This document shows positions 1 through 11,741 of a stretch of DNA of 64,000 nt, one piece after another (positions within the stretch are counted from its first letter, which is position 1; every line of letters starts with the position of its first letter). The translations under genes were made by a program, and so were the position numbers. This DNA is from Octopus sinensis (lineage: Eukaryota). The notes beneath the pieces were generated by a model. It ran no database searches, was not told the origin of the DNA, and was given only the letters and a program-made list of their open reading frames with translations. The DNA is taken from NCBI RefSeq assembly GCF_006345805.1, contig NC_043022.1:14198001-14262000 (forward strand). Direction: 5' to 3'.

Positions 1-19
1 TATTGGGTAATTTTATTAT

Positions 20-592
20 GTGTTTCATGCACGTTCCCATATGTACATATACTCATGTATGCATACACACATATATACACATCGACGCACATGTATACAT
101 GTGTCTTCTGCTATAGCCCTTGGTCAAAGAAAGCCTTGTGAGTGGACTTGGTTCATGGACAGAAAGAAGCCCATCATACACGTGTGTGAGTGTGTCTGTG
201 TGTCTGTGCACATGTGTGTTTGTGTGTGCGTGTGTGTTTGTGTATGTGTGTGTGTGCATGAGTGTGTTTGTGTGTATGCGCATGTGTGTGTGTATGTAAG
301 TGTGCATGTGTGTACATGCGCTTATGTGTGTGCATGTGCGTGTGTGTGAGCATGTGTGTGTGCGTGCATGCATGTGTGTCTATGCATGTGTGTGTGTATG
401 TGCATGTGTGTGTATGTGCGTGTGCATATGTGTGAGCATGTGTGTGTGTGAGCATGTGTGTGTATGTGTGTGTGTGCATGTGCATATGTGTGTGCATGTG
501 TATCTGTGCATGTGTGTGTATGTATGTGTGTGTATGTGTGTGAGCATGTGTGTGTGTTTGCATATGCATGTGTACGTGAATGTGTGTGTGTG
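20..592. repeat. Degenerate (TG)n/(TGCA) microsatellite containing a SINE-1 fragment (~100-175)
   Basis: Visible dinucleotide repeat; explains the Cys/Val and His/Thr ORFs. Confidence 0.95.
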
Positions 593-937
593 CAATTTTG
601 TTTGTTACACCCACCCGCCCCCGCCATTGCTTCACAACAAGTGTTGGTTTGTTTATGTCCCAGTACCAAAAAAAAAACAGTTCTGTAAAGATGAAACCAA
701 TAAACTAAGCACCACGCTTAAAAAAATGGAACAAGCGCTGAGGTCAATTCATTCGACAGAAAAAAAATCATTCGAGGCAGTGTTCCAGCATGGCCACAGT
801 CCAATGAACGGAACAAGTAAAAGATAAAAGATTTTATATATCATGAAAAATGATGAATCCCTGAAAAAGACGAAAGTAATAAATAGTTTTTATCCAAATC
901 TGACAACCTCCTTTTTCTCATATATATATATACATAT

Positions 938-1350
938 AGGCGCAGGAGTGGCTGTGTGGTAAGTAGCTTGCTAACCAACCACATGGTTCCGCGTTCAGTC
1001 CCACTGCGTGGCACCTTGGTCAAGTGCCTTCTACTATAGCCCCGGGCCGACCAAAGCCTTGTGAGTGGATTTGGTAGATGGAAACTGAAAGAAGCCTGTC
1101 GTATATATGTATATATATGTATATATGTGTATGTGTGTGTGTGTGTGTGTTTGTGTTTGTCCCCCTAGCATTGCTTGACAACCGATGCTGGTGTGTTTAC
1201 GTCCCCGTCACTTAGCGGTTCAGCAAAAGAGACCGATAGAATAAGTACTGGGCTTACAAAGAATAAGTCCCGGGGTCGATTTGCTTGACTAAAGGCGGTG
1301 CTCCAGCATGGCTGCAGTCAAATGACTGAAACAAGTAAAAGAGTAAAGAG
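938..1350 (+). mobile_element. tRNA-derived SINE family 1 (CORE-like), full length
   Basis: A box TGGCTGTGTGGT, B box GTTCAGTCCC, CORE-like GGCACCTTGG.CAAGTG, internal (TA)/(TG) tract, (GTAAAAGA)n tail; about 20 full or partial copies in window. Confidence 0.9.
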
Positions 1351-1383
1351 TATATATATATATATTATACATATAGATATATA

Positions 1384-1458
<75 letters not shown>

Positions 1459-1546
1459 AATATGTATGTATATATATAAATCTAACTCTGCCTACATCGT
1501 ATATTAATTAATCACTTCAAATTAATTCACACATATAAAAAATCAC

Positions 1547-1577
1547 CTGTTGCTATTCGTGAAGTAACGGTAATTTT
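1547..1577 (-). CDS. Candidate 31-bp micro-exon downstream of the PTB exon
   Basis: Minus strand tattttcccacag|AAAATTACC...GCAACAG|gtgatt in unique sequence. Confidence 0.35.
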
Positions 1578-1887
1578 CTGTGGGAAAATACATTTGAAGA
1601 CAAAAGAATCTAAGAAAATAGGTCAGAAAATGGGGGTGAGGAAAAATAAAAAATAAAAACCAATGTAATAATAAATGCAAGTAAAAACAAAATAGACAAC
1701 AAAGAAATATACGAAAATAAAATGAACAAAATATAGGTGAACGTTTGAAAGATTTGGCCTTGAGGTTGAGAAGTTTATTTTGGAACCATGTGGGTGTTGG
1801 GCTCAATTGCATTGCATGGCATCCTTGGGTAAGTGTCTTTAACAACAGCCTTTGATTACCTGATGCCATGGGATATATATATATATA

Positions 1888-2088
1888 CTAGCAGAATTGC
1901 CCGGCAATGCTCAGGGCTGAATTGCTTGAAAGTACTGTTAATGATTGCACTGAATTATGATGATTATTCAGGCAAATATTGATATAAGTTTACGGTGGGA
2001 GATAAGGACTTAACGATCAAACGTGTGCCATTGCATTAATTTGGGGGAACCAAATTTCTAATGAGCATTATAGGGGCACCAACTAACA
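1888..2088 (-). mobile_element. Helitron 3' fragment with PIF1-helicase remnant
   Basis: Minus-strand translation LLVGAPIMLIRNLVPPN*CNGTRLIVKSL matches the Helitron helicase motif; terminal GCCC..GGGC hairpin followed by CTAG|T. Confidence 0.8.
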
Positions 2089-2262
2089 GCCTGGTTGGGG
2101 GCTCAACCTTCTGAGTTCTTTTACAGGGCTTAGAAAAACTGAAGGACCACTGCAATATGTGCGTGAAGGGCAAGAGGGGAATATGTTGAATAAAATCATA
2201 ATTAACTGATCCTCCTGCATTTTCTTTTACCCAAAGCCAGGAATTTTTCGGCACCCCTCATA
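2087..2262 (+). mobile_element. Mariner-derived MITE family A (truncated)
   Basis: Transposase C-terminal remnant (..KLKDHCN.CV..RGEYVE*) plus TIR ending GGCACCCCTCA TA; further copies at 6796, 46628 and 53431. Confidence 0.75.
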
Positions 2263-2266
2263 TACG

Positions 2267-2267
<1 letters not shown>

Positions 2268-2314
<47 letters not shown>

Positions 2315-2430
2315 AATCTATCAATCTATCTATCTATCTATCTATCTAAATCATCTATCTATCTATCTATCTATCTATCTATTATCTATCTATCATCTAT
2401 CTATCTATCTATTATCTATCTATCTATATA

Positions 2431-2465
<35 letters not shown>

Positions 2466-2604
2466 ATCTAATCTATCTATCTATCATCTATCTATCTATC
2501 TATCTATCTATCTAGCTAGCTATCTATCCATCCATCATCCATCCATCTATCTATCTATCTATCCATCCATCCATCCATTCCATCCATCTATCTCTCTATC
2601 TCTC

Positions 2605-2637
<33 letters not shown>

Positions 2638-2652
2638 ACCTATCTATCTATA
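2268..2652. repeat. (TATC)n/(TCCA)n/(TC)n microsatellite
   Basis: Direct inspection. Confidence 0.95.
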
Positions 2653-2770
2653 TTATATACGTGTATTTATATACATATATATAATATTAGGGAATATGAT
2701 TCCAAACTTACAGGGAAAAATTCAATTTAGTAATACTAAATCAAATTTCACAATATATAATACATGTATA

Positions 2771-2859
2771 TAAATAAGAGAAGAACCACCATGTAGTAAT
2801 TCAACAATGATATACTTAAAGTATATCATTGTTGAATTGCTACATGGTGGTTCTTCTCT

Positions 2860-2865
<6 letters not shown>
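2771..2865. repeat. Near-perfect ~95-bp palindrome
   Basis: AGAGAAGAACCACCATGTAG..GATATACT TAA AGTATATC..CTACATGGTGGTTCTTCTCT. Confidence 0.9.
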
Positions 2866-2906
<41 letters not shown>

Positions 2907-2909
2907 TTA

Positions 2910-3063
2910 TTTCAGTTTCCCTCTACCAAATCCACTCACAAGGCTTTGGTTGGCCCGAGGCTATAGTAGAAGACACTTGCCCAAGGTGCCACACAGTGGG
3001 ACTGAACCCGGAACTATGTGGTTGGTAAGCAAGCTACTTACCACACAGCCACTCCTGCACCTA
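2910..3063 (-). mobile_element. SINE family 1, 5' half
   Basis: Reverse complement of the 938-1100 head. Confidence 0.85.
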
Positions 3064-3427
3064 TCATCATCATCATCATCATCATATAACGTCTGTTTTG
3101 CATGCTGACATGGGTTGGACAGTTTGACAGAGAACTAGTAAGCCAGGGAGCTGCACCATATATATATATATATAGTGTGTGTTGTGTGTGTCTGTATATT
3201 ATATATATAATATATATATCTATATATATATATTATATATATATATATAATATATATATAGTATATATATATACATACATACATATATACATATATATAC
3301 ATACAAGGAGTTGCAACCTCTTTACTTGTGTGATTTTTTGCTACCCTGGTAACTATTTATCTATTTTGTCCGTGTTAATTGTTAACAAGGGAAAAAGACA
3401 CACATCTATTTATATATATATATATAA

Positions 3428-3590
3428 TAGGCTTCTTTCAGTTTCCATCTACAAAATTTACTCACAAAGCTTTGGTTGGCCCAAGGCTATAGTAGAAGAC
3501 ACTTGCCAAAGGTTCCATGCAGTGGGACTGAACCTGGAAGCATGTGGTTGGGAAGCAAGCTTCTTACCACACAGCCATGCCTGTGCCTTA
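3428..3590 (-). mobile_element. SINE family 1, 5' half (diverged)
   Basis: Similarity to the family head. Confidence 0.8.
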
Positions 3591-3976
3591 TGTACATAAC
3601 ATAACAAAAAGACATAGATGGGGAGGTCATGGCTGGCATACGCTTAGTCATAGATCTGCTTGTTCCAGACTAGCCTTGGACTCTATAACAACAACAGCAA
3701 TATTAACGAGTAAAATTAAAATGTGGGAACGATCGTTTTATTTCTGATGAATCTCATTAAATTAATGAGTTCAGCAAACTAGAGCAATGAATATTTTAAT
3801 ATGACTAATTAATTAAAATTTTTTTTCTCCTGTCACTAATTAAGTTCCCACCAAACCACCTGATGGTATTTCACACTGGTCAAGGCTTCGGCTGGGTTTC
3901 TTTTTTTTTTTTTTTTACTACTATTTTGGGTTATTTTTCTATTATTTTTATCTTTTAGGATTTGCTTGTTTTGGCA

Positions 3977-4440
3977 AAGAAGAAGAAGAAGAAGAAGAAG
4001 GAGAAGAAGAAGAAGAAGAAGAAGAAGAAGAAGAAGAAGAAGAAGGGGGAGGAGAAGAAGAAGACGAAGGGGGAGGAGAAAAAGAAGAAGAGGAGGAGGA
4101 GGAGGAGGAGAAAAAGAAGGAGAAGGAGAAGAAGAGGAGGAGGAGGAAGAAGAAGGAGAAGAAGAAGAAAAGAAGGAGGAGGAGAAAAAGAAGGAGAAGA
4201 AGACGGAGAAAAAGAAGAAGAAAGAAAAGGACAAGAAGAAAGAAAGAAAAGGAAAAGAGGAGAAAAAGAAACAGAAGCAGAAGAAGAGAAAGAAGAAAAA
4301 GGGAAAGAAGAAAAAGGAAAGGAAGAAAGAAAAGGACAAGAAGAAAGCCAAGAAGAAGAAAGAAAAGAAGAAGAGGAGAAAAAGAAACCGAAGGAGAAGA
4401 AGAGAAAGAAGAAAAGTCGTAGGGAGATGAAGAAAGAAAA
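3977..4440. repeat. (AAG)n/(GGA)n purine-rich low-complexity tract
   Basis: Direct inspection; source of the poly-K/R/E and poly-F/L/S ORFs. Confidence 0.95.
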
Positions 4441-4461
4441 TGGTTGATTCCTTGTACTCAC

Positions 4462-4861
4462 TCGCCAGTTAATATCTTGTAATGGGTGACGATTCCTTTA
4501 GCACAAATCTCATTGAGGCATTTCAAAGCCATGATTTGCGTCGGTGAACTGGAACATGCAGTGGTTATGCATATGAAACAGGTCGGTATGCTGTCGTCAA
4601 CAAAGATATCTTCGATGTTTTGTAAGGGGATCAGGTCTTCGGAGCTCAACCCTGGCAGCTTGCCCTTTTTGGTGAGTTTCAGGCCCTGACGGCTCAGCTG
4701 CACTTTGACCTTCTGGAAGTTCTTCAGCTGCAGCAGGTTGGAGATCTGCTCCAGCACCACGGGGATTTCCATGTCCAGCCACATCCCCACCATGCTGGCC
4801 TTGAATTGAATGTTTCGGTCGCTCATGATTCCGGGTTCGCTCACAAAGAAGTTTTTCAGAT
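4462..4861 (-). CDS. 400-bp exon encoding a PTB/PID (PH-like fold) domain
   Basis: Acceptor catcttttgttgtag|, donor |gtgagt; stop-free frame LKNFFVSEPGIMSDRNIQFKASMVG..KVKVQLSRQGLKLT..IPLQNIEDI..CFICIT..MALKCLNEICAKGIVTHY follows the PTB strand/helix pattern; more GC-rich than its flanks; first ATG at 4826. Confidence 0.75.
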
Positions 4862-4878
4862 CTACAACAAAAGATGTG

Positions 4879-4923
4879 AATAATAATAATAATAATGATA
4901 ATAATAATAATAATAATATAATA

Positions 4924-4956
<33 letters not shown>

Positions 4957-5010
4957 TAATAAGATGATATGATGAATAATATGATAATAATAATAATAAT
5001 AATAATAATA

Positions 5011-5043
<33 letters not shown>

Positions 5044-5044
5044 G

Positions 5045-5097
<53 letters not shown>

Positions 5098-5120
5098 ATA
5101 ATATATAATCATAATAATAT
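4879..5120. repeat. (AAT)n microsatellite
   Basis: Direct inspection. Confidence 0.95.
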
Positions 5121-5217
5121 AGCACAATAATATATGCATGAAATTTTGGGGAGAATGATTTCAAAATATCACTATTAGTTTAACTTCATTATTAACATAT
5201 ATATATATATATATAAC

Positions 5218-5272
<55 letters not shown>

Positions 5273-5341
5273 TATATAGATATATATATATATTATATAT
5301 ATATATATATATATATCTATATATATAAATATATATATATC

Positions 5342-5530
5342 CCGAACATGAAAACACAACAACGCGAGGACATGGAACAAGTATAGTGTTATTGGACGCT
5401 CAGGAAAGAAGGAGGGTTTAACGTTTCGAGCGAAGCTCTTCGTCAGAAACATAGGAAAAAGAAAGATCCAAAGAAGGGAAGATGGAGGAAAAAAATCGCC
5501 AACAGTACACACGCGGCCACATTTTGAATG
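5342..5530 (-). mobile_element. Penelope-like terminal fragment inserted in (TA)n
   Basis: Second copy at 47372-47586 and partial copy at 48710-48770, all in TA tracts; carries a hammerhead motif. Confidence 0.6.
5416..5450 (-). ncRNA. Minimal type-I hammerhead ribozyme
   Basis: Minus strand GUUU CUGACGA A GAGC-UUC-GCUC GAAA CG UU AAAC: intact core, stem I, stem II and palindromic minimal stem III. Confidence 0.75.
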
Positions 5531-5546
5531 TATATGTATATATATA

Positions 5547-5777
5547 TAACTTATAAATAATGTCAAAAGAAAAAATTCCTATGCCAAATATGCTGAGAAA
5601 TAGAGTTTAAATCATCAAAAATCACGTATAATAATTCATCAGTAAAAGCACGCGTCTCAAAGCTGATAGAAATTTTTAGTGATGAATTATTATATGTGGT
5701 TATTGACGATTTAAAGTCTATTTCTTGGCATATTTAGCTTAGGAATTTTTTTCTTTTGCCCTTATTCATAAGTTGTT
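5547..5777. repeat. Imperfect ~230-bp palindrome (foldback/MITE-like)
   Basis: AAAAGAAAAAATTCCTA..AATTCATCAGTAAAA mirrored by TTTTAGTGATGAATT..TAGGAATTTTTTTCTTTT. Confidence 0.75.
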
Positions 5778-6795
5778 TATTATTTTGAGCTTAAAAGGTA
5801 TTTTTTAATATGCGGGCCACTGATAAAATTTTTTGAAAATTTTATCCATATTAGATATATATATATTATATATATATATATATATATATTATATATCTAT
5901 ATATATATATATATATATATCATGTTTATTATATATATATATATATATATATCATCATCTCGTTTAACGTCCGTTTTTCCGTGCTAGCAGCACCGGTTGG
6001 ACGGTTCGAACGGGGTCTGGGAAGCCAGGAGGCTGATCTGGAATAGATTGTGTGTTGATAACCAGCTGGAAAAGATATTCTCCTGGGGTTAAAAGGTAGA
6101 AACATCGTCCTACGCAGGACTGTCACCTTACGTTGGCAAATAGATTATATATATGTGTGTGTATGTGTTTGTGTGTGCATATATATATGTATGCACATAC
6201 ATCTATATGTATATATATATATAAATATATATATATGTGTAATATATATATATATGGTGTGTGGTGTGTGTGTATATAGATATATGTATGTGTATATATA
6301 TATATGTATATAGTATAGGATATATTATATATATCTATCTATATATATATATATGTATATGTATATGTAATATATACCTATATCTACTTATTATATATAC
6401 TCTATATATATATCTAATATATATATATCTATTATATATCCTATCTATAATATATATTATATGTATATATATGTAATGTATATATACTATATATAATATA
6501 TAATATATATATATATATAATATCTATATCCTGGCATACCTCAGTTGAAGTCAGCATTTGGTTTCAAGTCATGTGACTTAACTTGACAAACGATGTAACA
6601 GGGAAAAACATTTACAAAAATTAATTAGCTTCTGTTTAAATAAATGGTTTATATATATACTTTCAATTCATGGACTGGGTGATGTGTTTGGCTCTTGAGC
6701 AAGACACTTCATTTCACGTTGCTCCAGTCCACTCAACTGGGGAAAAAATTAGTGACCCTGTGACGGACCGGCACCCCATTCAAGGAGGAATATAG

Positions 6796-7015
6796 ATGGG
6801 GGGGTATTGATAGGTTCCTGGCTTCAAGGGTATCGTGAAAGGTCTGTCTGGAGGCCCAGCTTAATGAATTCTTTTACAGGGCTTTGAAAACCTGAAGGTC
6901 TCCTGCAATAAGTGTGTGAACCTGAGAGGGGAATATGTTGGATAAAATCATAATTAACCGACCCTTTTGTATTTTCTTTCACCCAAAGCCAGGGACTTTT
7001 CAGCGCTCCCTTGTA
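6796..7015 (+). mobile_element. Mariner-derived MITE family A
   Basis: Both TIR remnants plus the GEYV C-terminal remnant. Confidence 0.75.
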
Positions 7016-7084
7016 CACCAGAGAAACCAAGTCTATGCTCCTTACAGAGTAATGAGGACTAACCATACAGAAAGAGACCAGGTG

Positions 7085-7290
7085 AGATGCATGGCTCAGT
7101 GGTTAGGTTGTTGGGACTCATGATCATAAGGTTGTGGTTTCAATTCTCGGACCAGGTGACGTATTGTGTTCTTGAGCAAAACACTTTACTGTGTCGGACC
7201 GTCGTCCCATCCACTGGGGAGTCATATATGCCACAGAAACCAGAATACCGACCTTATGAGTGAGTCTATATGACTCAGAGAAAGTGCTAT
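7085..7290 (+). mobile_element. tRNA-derived SINE family 4 (other copies ~6655, 12660, 28550-28970, 41670)
   Basis: TGGCTCAGTGGTTAGG A box, GGTTTCAATTC B box, TGTGTTCTTGAGCAA.ACACTT core. Confidence 0.7.
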
Positions 7291-7466
7291 ATTATGTTTT
7301 TCCATATATTCTATTTGTTTTCCCACTTCAGTGATGGGTTTTGGTGGTTTATGTTTAAATTCTTCAAATTCTAAATAAATTCTTTGAGATTACTAAACTG
7401 AAGAATGAATCGAGAGAAGTTGAGGCTTGCTGCTTCCTGTTAATTAAAAAAAAACCCAACAAAATC

Positions 7467-8370
7467 AGGCATGGCTGTATGATAAAAAGCTTGCTTCCCA
7501 ACTACATGGTTTTGGGTTCAGTCCCACTGTGTGGCACCTTGGGCAAGTATCTTCTAATATAGACATGGGTCGACTAAAGCCTTGTGAGTGCATTTGGTAG
7601 ACGGAAACAGTGTGGTGCTTAACACACAGACACACACACACACACACATATATCTGTATTTATGTATGTACGTATGTATATATATGTGTGTGTATGTATG
7701 TTTATATGTATATATGTATGTATATATATATATATATATAATTCTGTATATGTGTGTGTGTGTCCCTTTATGTCTGTGCTTGTCCCCCCCCCAAAACCCC
7801 AACTTGAGAAGTTTTGTGTTTACGTCCACGTAACTTAGCAGTTCGGCAAAGGGGACTGAAAGGATAAGCAAGAGGCTTAACAAAAAATATGCACTGGTGT
7901 GGATTCATTTGACTAAACATTCTTCACGCCGGTGCCCCAGCATGGCCACAGCCTAGTGACTGAAACAGAGAAGAGGTGGTGTGAGGGTGGGTGGACTGAA
8001 GTCGAAAAAGAGGTAAGTTGAGGTATGCCTATATATATGTGTGTGTGTGTGTGTGTATATATATGTGTGTGTGTAAGTATGTTTATATATAAATGTATAG
8101 AAGCCTGTCATATATATATATGTGTGTGTGTGTGTGCGTGTATGTTTGTGTGTCTGTGTTTGTCCCCCTAGCATTGCTTGACAACAGATGCTGGTATGTT
8201 TACGTCCCCGTCACTTAGCGGTTCGGCAAAAGGGACCGATAGAATAAGTGCTGGGCTTAGAAAGAATAAGTCCTGGGGTCGATTTGCTTGACTAAAGGCG
8301 GTGCTCCAGCATGGCCGCAGTCAAAATGACCGAAACAAGTAAAAGAGTAAAAAAAAAAAAAAAAGAGTAT
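7467..8370 (+). mobile_element. Diverged SINE-1 copy followed by the 3' half of a younger SINE-1 copy
   Basis: Family similarity at 7467-7970 and 8098-8370. Confidence 0.8.
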
Positions 8371-10289
8371 ATTGTTAACCAGAAAGATAATTTGGTACGG
8401 AATGACTGTTATCCAAATAGAGACCCATAATGGTTTGGTAGGGGGCTTATCCCGGTTCTGCTTGTTTCTGTTTGGTCTAGCTCAGCTTGGCTAGGTCCAC
8501 CTTGGTTCAATCTCTTTCGACTTCAATCAGTTTTTACTTGACTTTGCCCTTCTTCTTATTAATGTTCTTATTGCCAGGAAGGGGTCAGTTTAGTTCTTCC
8601 CTTTGCAGTGTTTCTTGCTGTTGTTGTTGTTGATGACTAATTAGAATAAGGCTGCAGTTGTTACTGTTGTTGTTGTTGTTGTTGTTGTATATCCTTATTC
8701 TTCTTCTTGTTATTCTTCTTTCCTTCTTTGATTTTCCTTTTTAAATCTTTATCCCTTTCTCCTCCTTTTATTTTCTTCACTCTGTATTTCACTCTACAAA
8801 TCTTCTTCTCCTGTTGTTGCTCTTCTTCTTATTTGACCGACCTCACTCCCTAATCCTTCAACACACACCTTTTCCTCACTATCATATATATATATATATA
8901 TATTCTCTGTTGTTGTTGGTTGCGTTTCCCTTTTCAGCTTTTGCAGGGAACAACCGTTTTCGTCCGGTCCTTTGTATGATGTTGATGATAGTGTTATCAA
9001 ATATATCGATAACAATATTAATGTTAAGTGATACGCAAGGACTGCAGTTTAGGTAAAAAAGGAAAAACCTTGAATCTAATTTAATAAACCAAAACTTTTT
9101 CCCGTGCTCCTTCTTTACCAAACAGAACCTTTTTCTGTCTTTCTTTAAGCGACCTGCTTAACGTCTGCTGCTTTCTGTTTCTGAAATTTCCTGACAATCT
9201 CAATTTACATCTATACGTTCATATGTATCTATATCTGTATATAGATATATTTCTGTTTTACAAATATATATACAAGTGTGCACGTGTATGTATATACAGA
9301 AAACTCTGATACTTCGATATGATCTCTGGCCTTTGTTTCTCTCTGAAATTATTTTCTTCCACTGGTAATGGTAAAATCTTTGAGCATTTCCAAAACAAGA
9401 AGCGAAATTTCTTCTCTTTTAGCCAAGTAATATTAGTTTAATCTTGACACGATTGTTAAGTTACAAACTGCACTGCAGTAAGGTAAGCAAATGCACAACA
9501 GCTTTTGTAAGTCACTGCACAGATGTGGGATTAATCACTGCACTGCTGCAAGGACTGTAAAATTAGGCACTGCACTGTTGTTAGATTAATTATTGCACAA
9601 CTGTAAAATCACACACTGTACGACTGTTAGGCACTTCAATGAACTGCGACAAGATTTGTTTCTGTGCCACTGCAAGATTAATCCTTGTACTGTTGTTAAT
9701 TAAGTCACTTCACTGCTTTTAATTAAGTCACTGTACAACTGCAATTTAAGTCTCTCACTGCGCTGCCGTTAGGTGCGCCGACGCAACGTTTAGCCAGCCA
9801 ATCTGCAACCGAATGAACTTGCTGATATAATATCCTGCTGCTCTTAAACGATCATTTAACGAGTACCATGTGACTTGAAAATCAGCACCAACAGTAACGA
9901 GCCATTGTTTAAACACTTCCACCTACAGGAAAAAACCAATCTTGTTTTTTGACATTACATCACCGAAACCGAATTCAGACCCCCTCCCCTCGTTATAAAA
10001 CTCATATCATGCATCCGTGTGCACCAACCACTAGAGGTCACCGCTGACACCACCAGTGCTTATTAAAACTCTAGTTCTTTCCATTTCTTTTATTCTCACT
10101 CTTTCTTTTTTTTTTCGCCGATATTTCTTTTTATTTTTATTTTTGTTCACAATATTTTATTATTGTTATTATTTTAATCATTATTGTTGTTATTTTTATA
10201 AATAATTTTACTATTTTGTTTGGGAACAGGAACCGGATTCATTTTTCTTTATGTGTTTTATTTCTTCTTTCATCCTGAAAGGGTTTATC

Positions 10290-11055
10290 TGTATGTGAAT
10301 GTTGCTTCTTTGTGTGTGTGTGAATGTTGCTTCTTTGTGTGTGTGTGTGAATGTTGCTTCTTTGTGTGTGTGTGTGTCCTTGCGTGTATGTATGTGTGAG
10401 TACTTCCTTGTGTGTGTATGTATCTGTTTCCTTGAGTGCATTGGTGGATGTATGTGTATGTGTGTGTGTCCTTGTGTGTATGTGTGTGTCCTTGTGCGTG
10501 TGTCGTGTGTATGTGTGTGTGTATCATGTGTATGTGTGTGTGTCCTTGTGTGTATGTGTGTGTCGTTGTGTGAGTGTAAGTGCGTCCTTGTGTGTATATG
10601 TGTGTCGTTGTGTGAGTGTATGTGCGTCCTTGTGTGTATGTGTGTGTCGTTGTGTTAGTGTAAGTGCGTCCTTGTGTGTATATGTATGTCGTTGTGTGAG
10701 TGTATGTGCATCCTTGTGTGTATGTGTGTGTCGTTGTGTGAGTGTATGTGCATCATTGTGTGTCGTTGTGTGAGTGTATGTGTGTCCTTGTGTGTGTGTC
10801 GTTGTGTGAGTGTATGTATGTCCTTATGTGTGTGTGTCGTTGTGTGAGTGTATGTGTGTCCTTGTGTGTATGTGTATGTGTTGTTGTGTGTATGTGTGTG
10901 TGTCGTGTGTATGTGTGTGTGTGCATGTGTTTTCTTGTGTGAATGCGAGTGTGTGTTTGTCCTTGTATTTGTGCATATGTGTGCACCTTTGTGAGAACAT
11001 GTACCCTTGGATATACGTATCCGTGTATGAGTGTCCATATGTGTGTGTGTGTGCA
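10290..11055. repeat. Compound (TG)n minisatellite with GTCCTTGTG/GTCGTTGTG units
   Basis: Direct inspection. Confidence 0.9.
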
Positions 11056-11306
11056 TCTTTATAAGTATTTCAAAGAAACCATAATTTCAAATAATTTCAA
11101 ATTTCAAATCAGGGGAGAGTGTAAGTCGGTTTACATTGACCTCGGTACTTGACTGGTACTTTATTTTATTGACCCCCACCAAAAGGATGAAAGGCAAAGG
11201 TACTTATTCTTCCAGAAGAGAACTGGAAAGAAAGTACTGTCTTGGATTTGATAAGAATTCTAAGAATGACCCTTGAGATTTGAAGAGATTTGTTAATAAT
11301 TTGATG

Positions 11307-11358
<52 letters not shown>

Positions 11359-11359
<1 letters not shown>

Positions 11360-11592
11360 CATCATTTAACGTCCGTTCTCCATGCTAGCATGGTTTGGAC
11401 GGTTCGACCGGGGATCTGGGAAGCCAGGAGGCTGCACCAGGCCCAGTCTGATCTGGCAGTATTTCTACAGCTGGATGCCCTTCCTAATGCCAACCACTCT
11501 GTGAGTGTAGTGGGTGCTTTTTACGTGCCACCGGCACAGGTGCCAGGCGAGGCTGGCAATGGCCGCGATCGGATTGGTACTTTTTACGTGCC

Positions 11593-11593
<1 letters not shown>
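11359..11593 (-). mobile_element. RTE-clade LINE 3' end with (GAT)n tail (other copies ~3063, 5952, 16624, 35050, 36150, 40690, 42200, 54210)
   Basis: Recurrent 5'-truncated block GTGGTTGGCGTTAGGAAGGGCATCCAGC..GGACGTTAAATGATGATG; the terminal part of this tail adjoins the RTE ORF2 relic at ~24070-24110. Confidence 0.75.
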
Positions 11594-11680
<87 letters not shown>

Positions 11681-11741
11681 AAATATTTGATGATGATGAA
11701 AAATGGCTAATATTTCTTTTAAATTTTGCTTTTGTTGCATT

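Noticed and set aside
938-1010. SINE heads as genuine tRNA genes (also 53320-53395, 61285-61350)
   Set aside because: A/B boxes are present but there is no proper acceptor stem, and they continue into repeat bodies
3836-4461. Poly-Lys/Arg/Glu and poly-Phe/Leu ORFs
   Set aside because: (AAG)n low-complexity tract directly downstream of a splice donor; intronic
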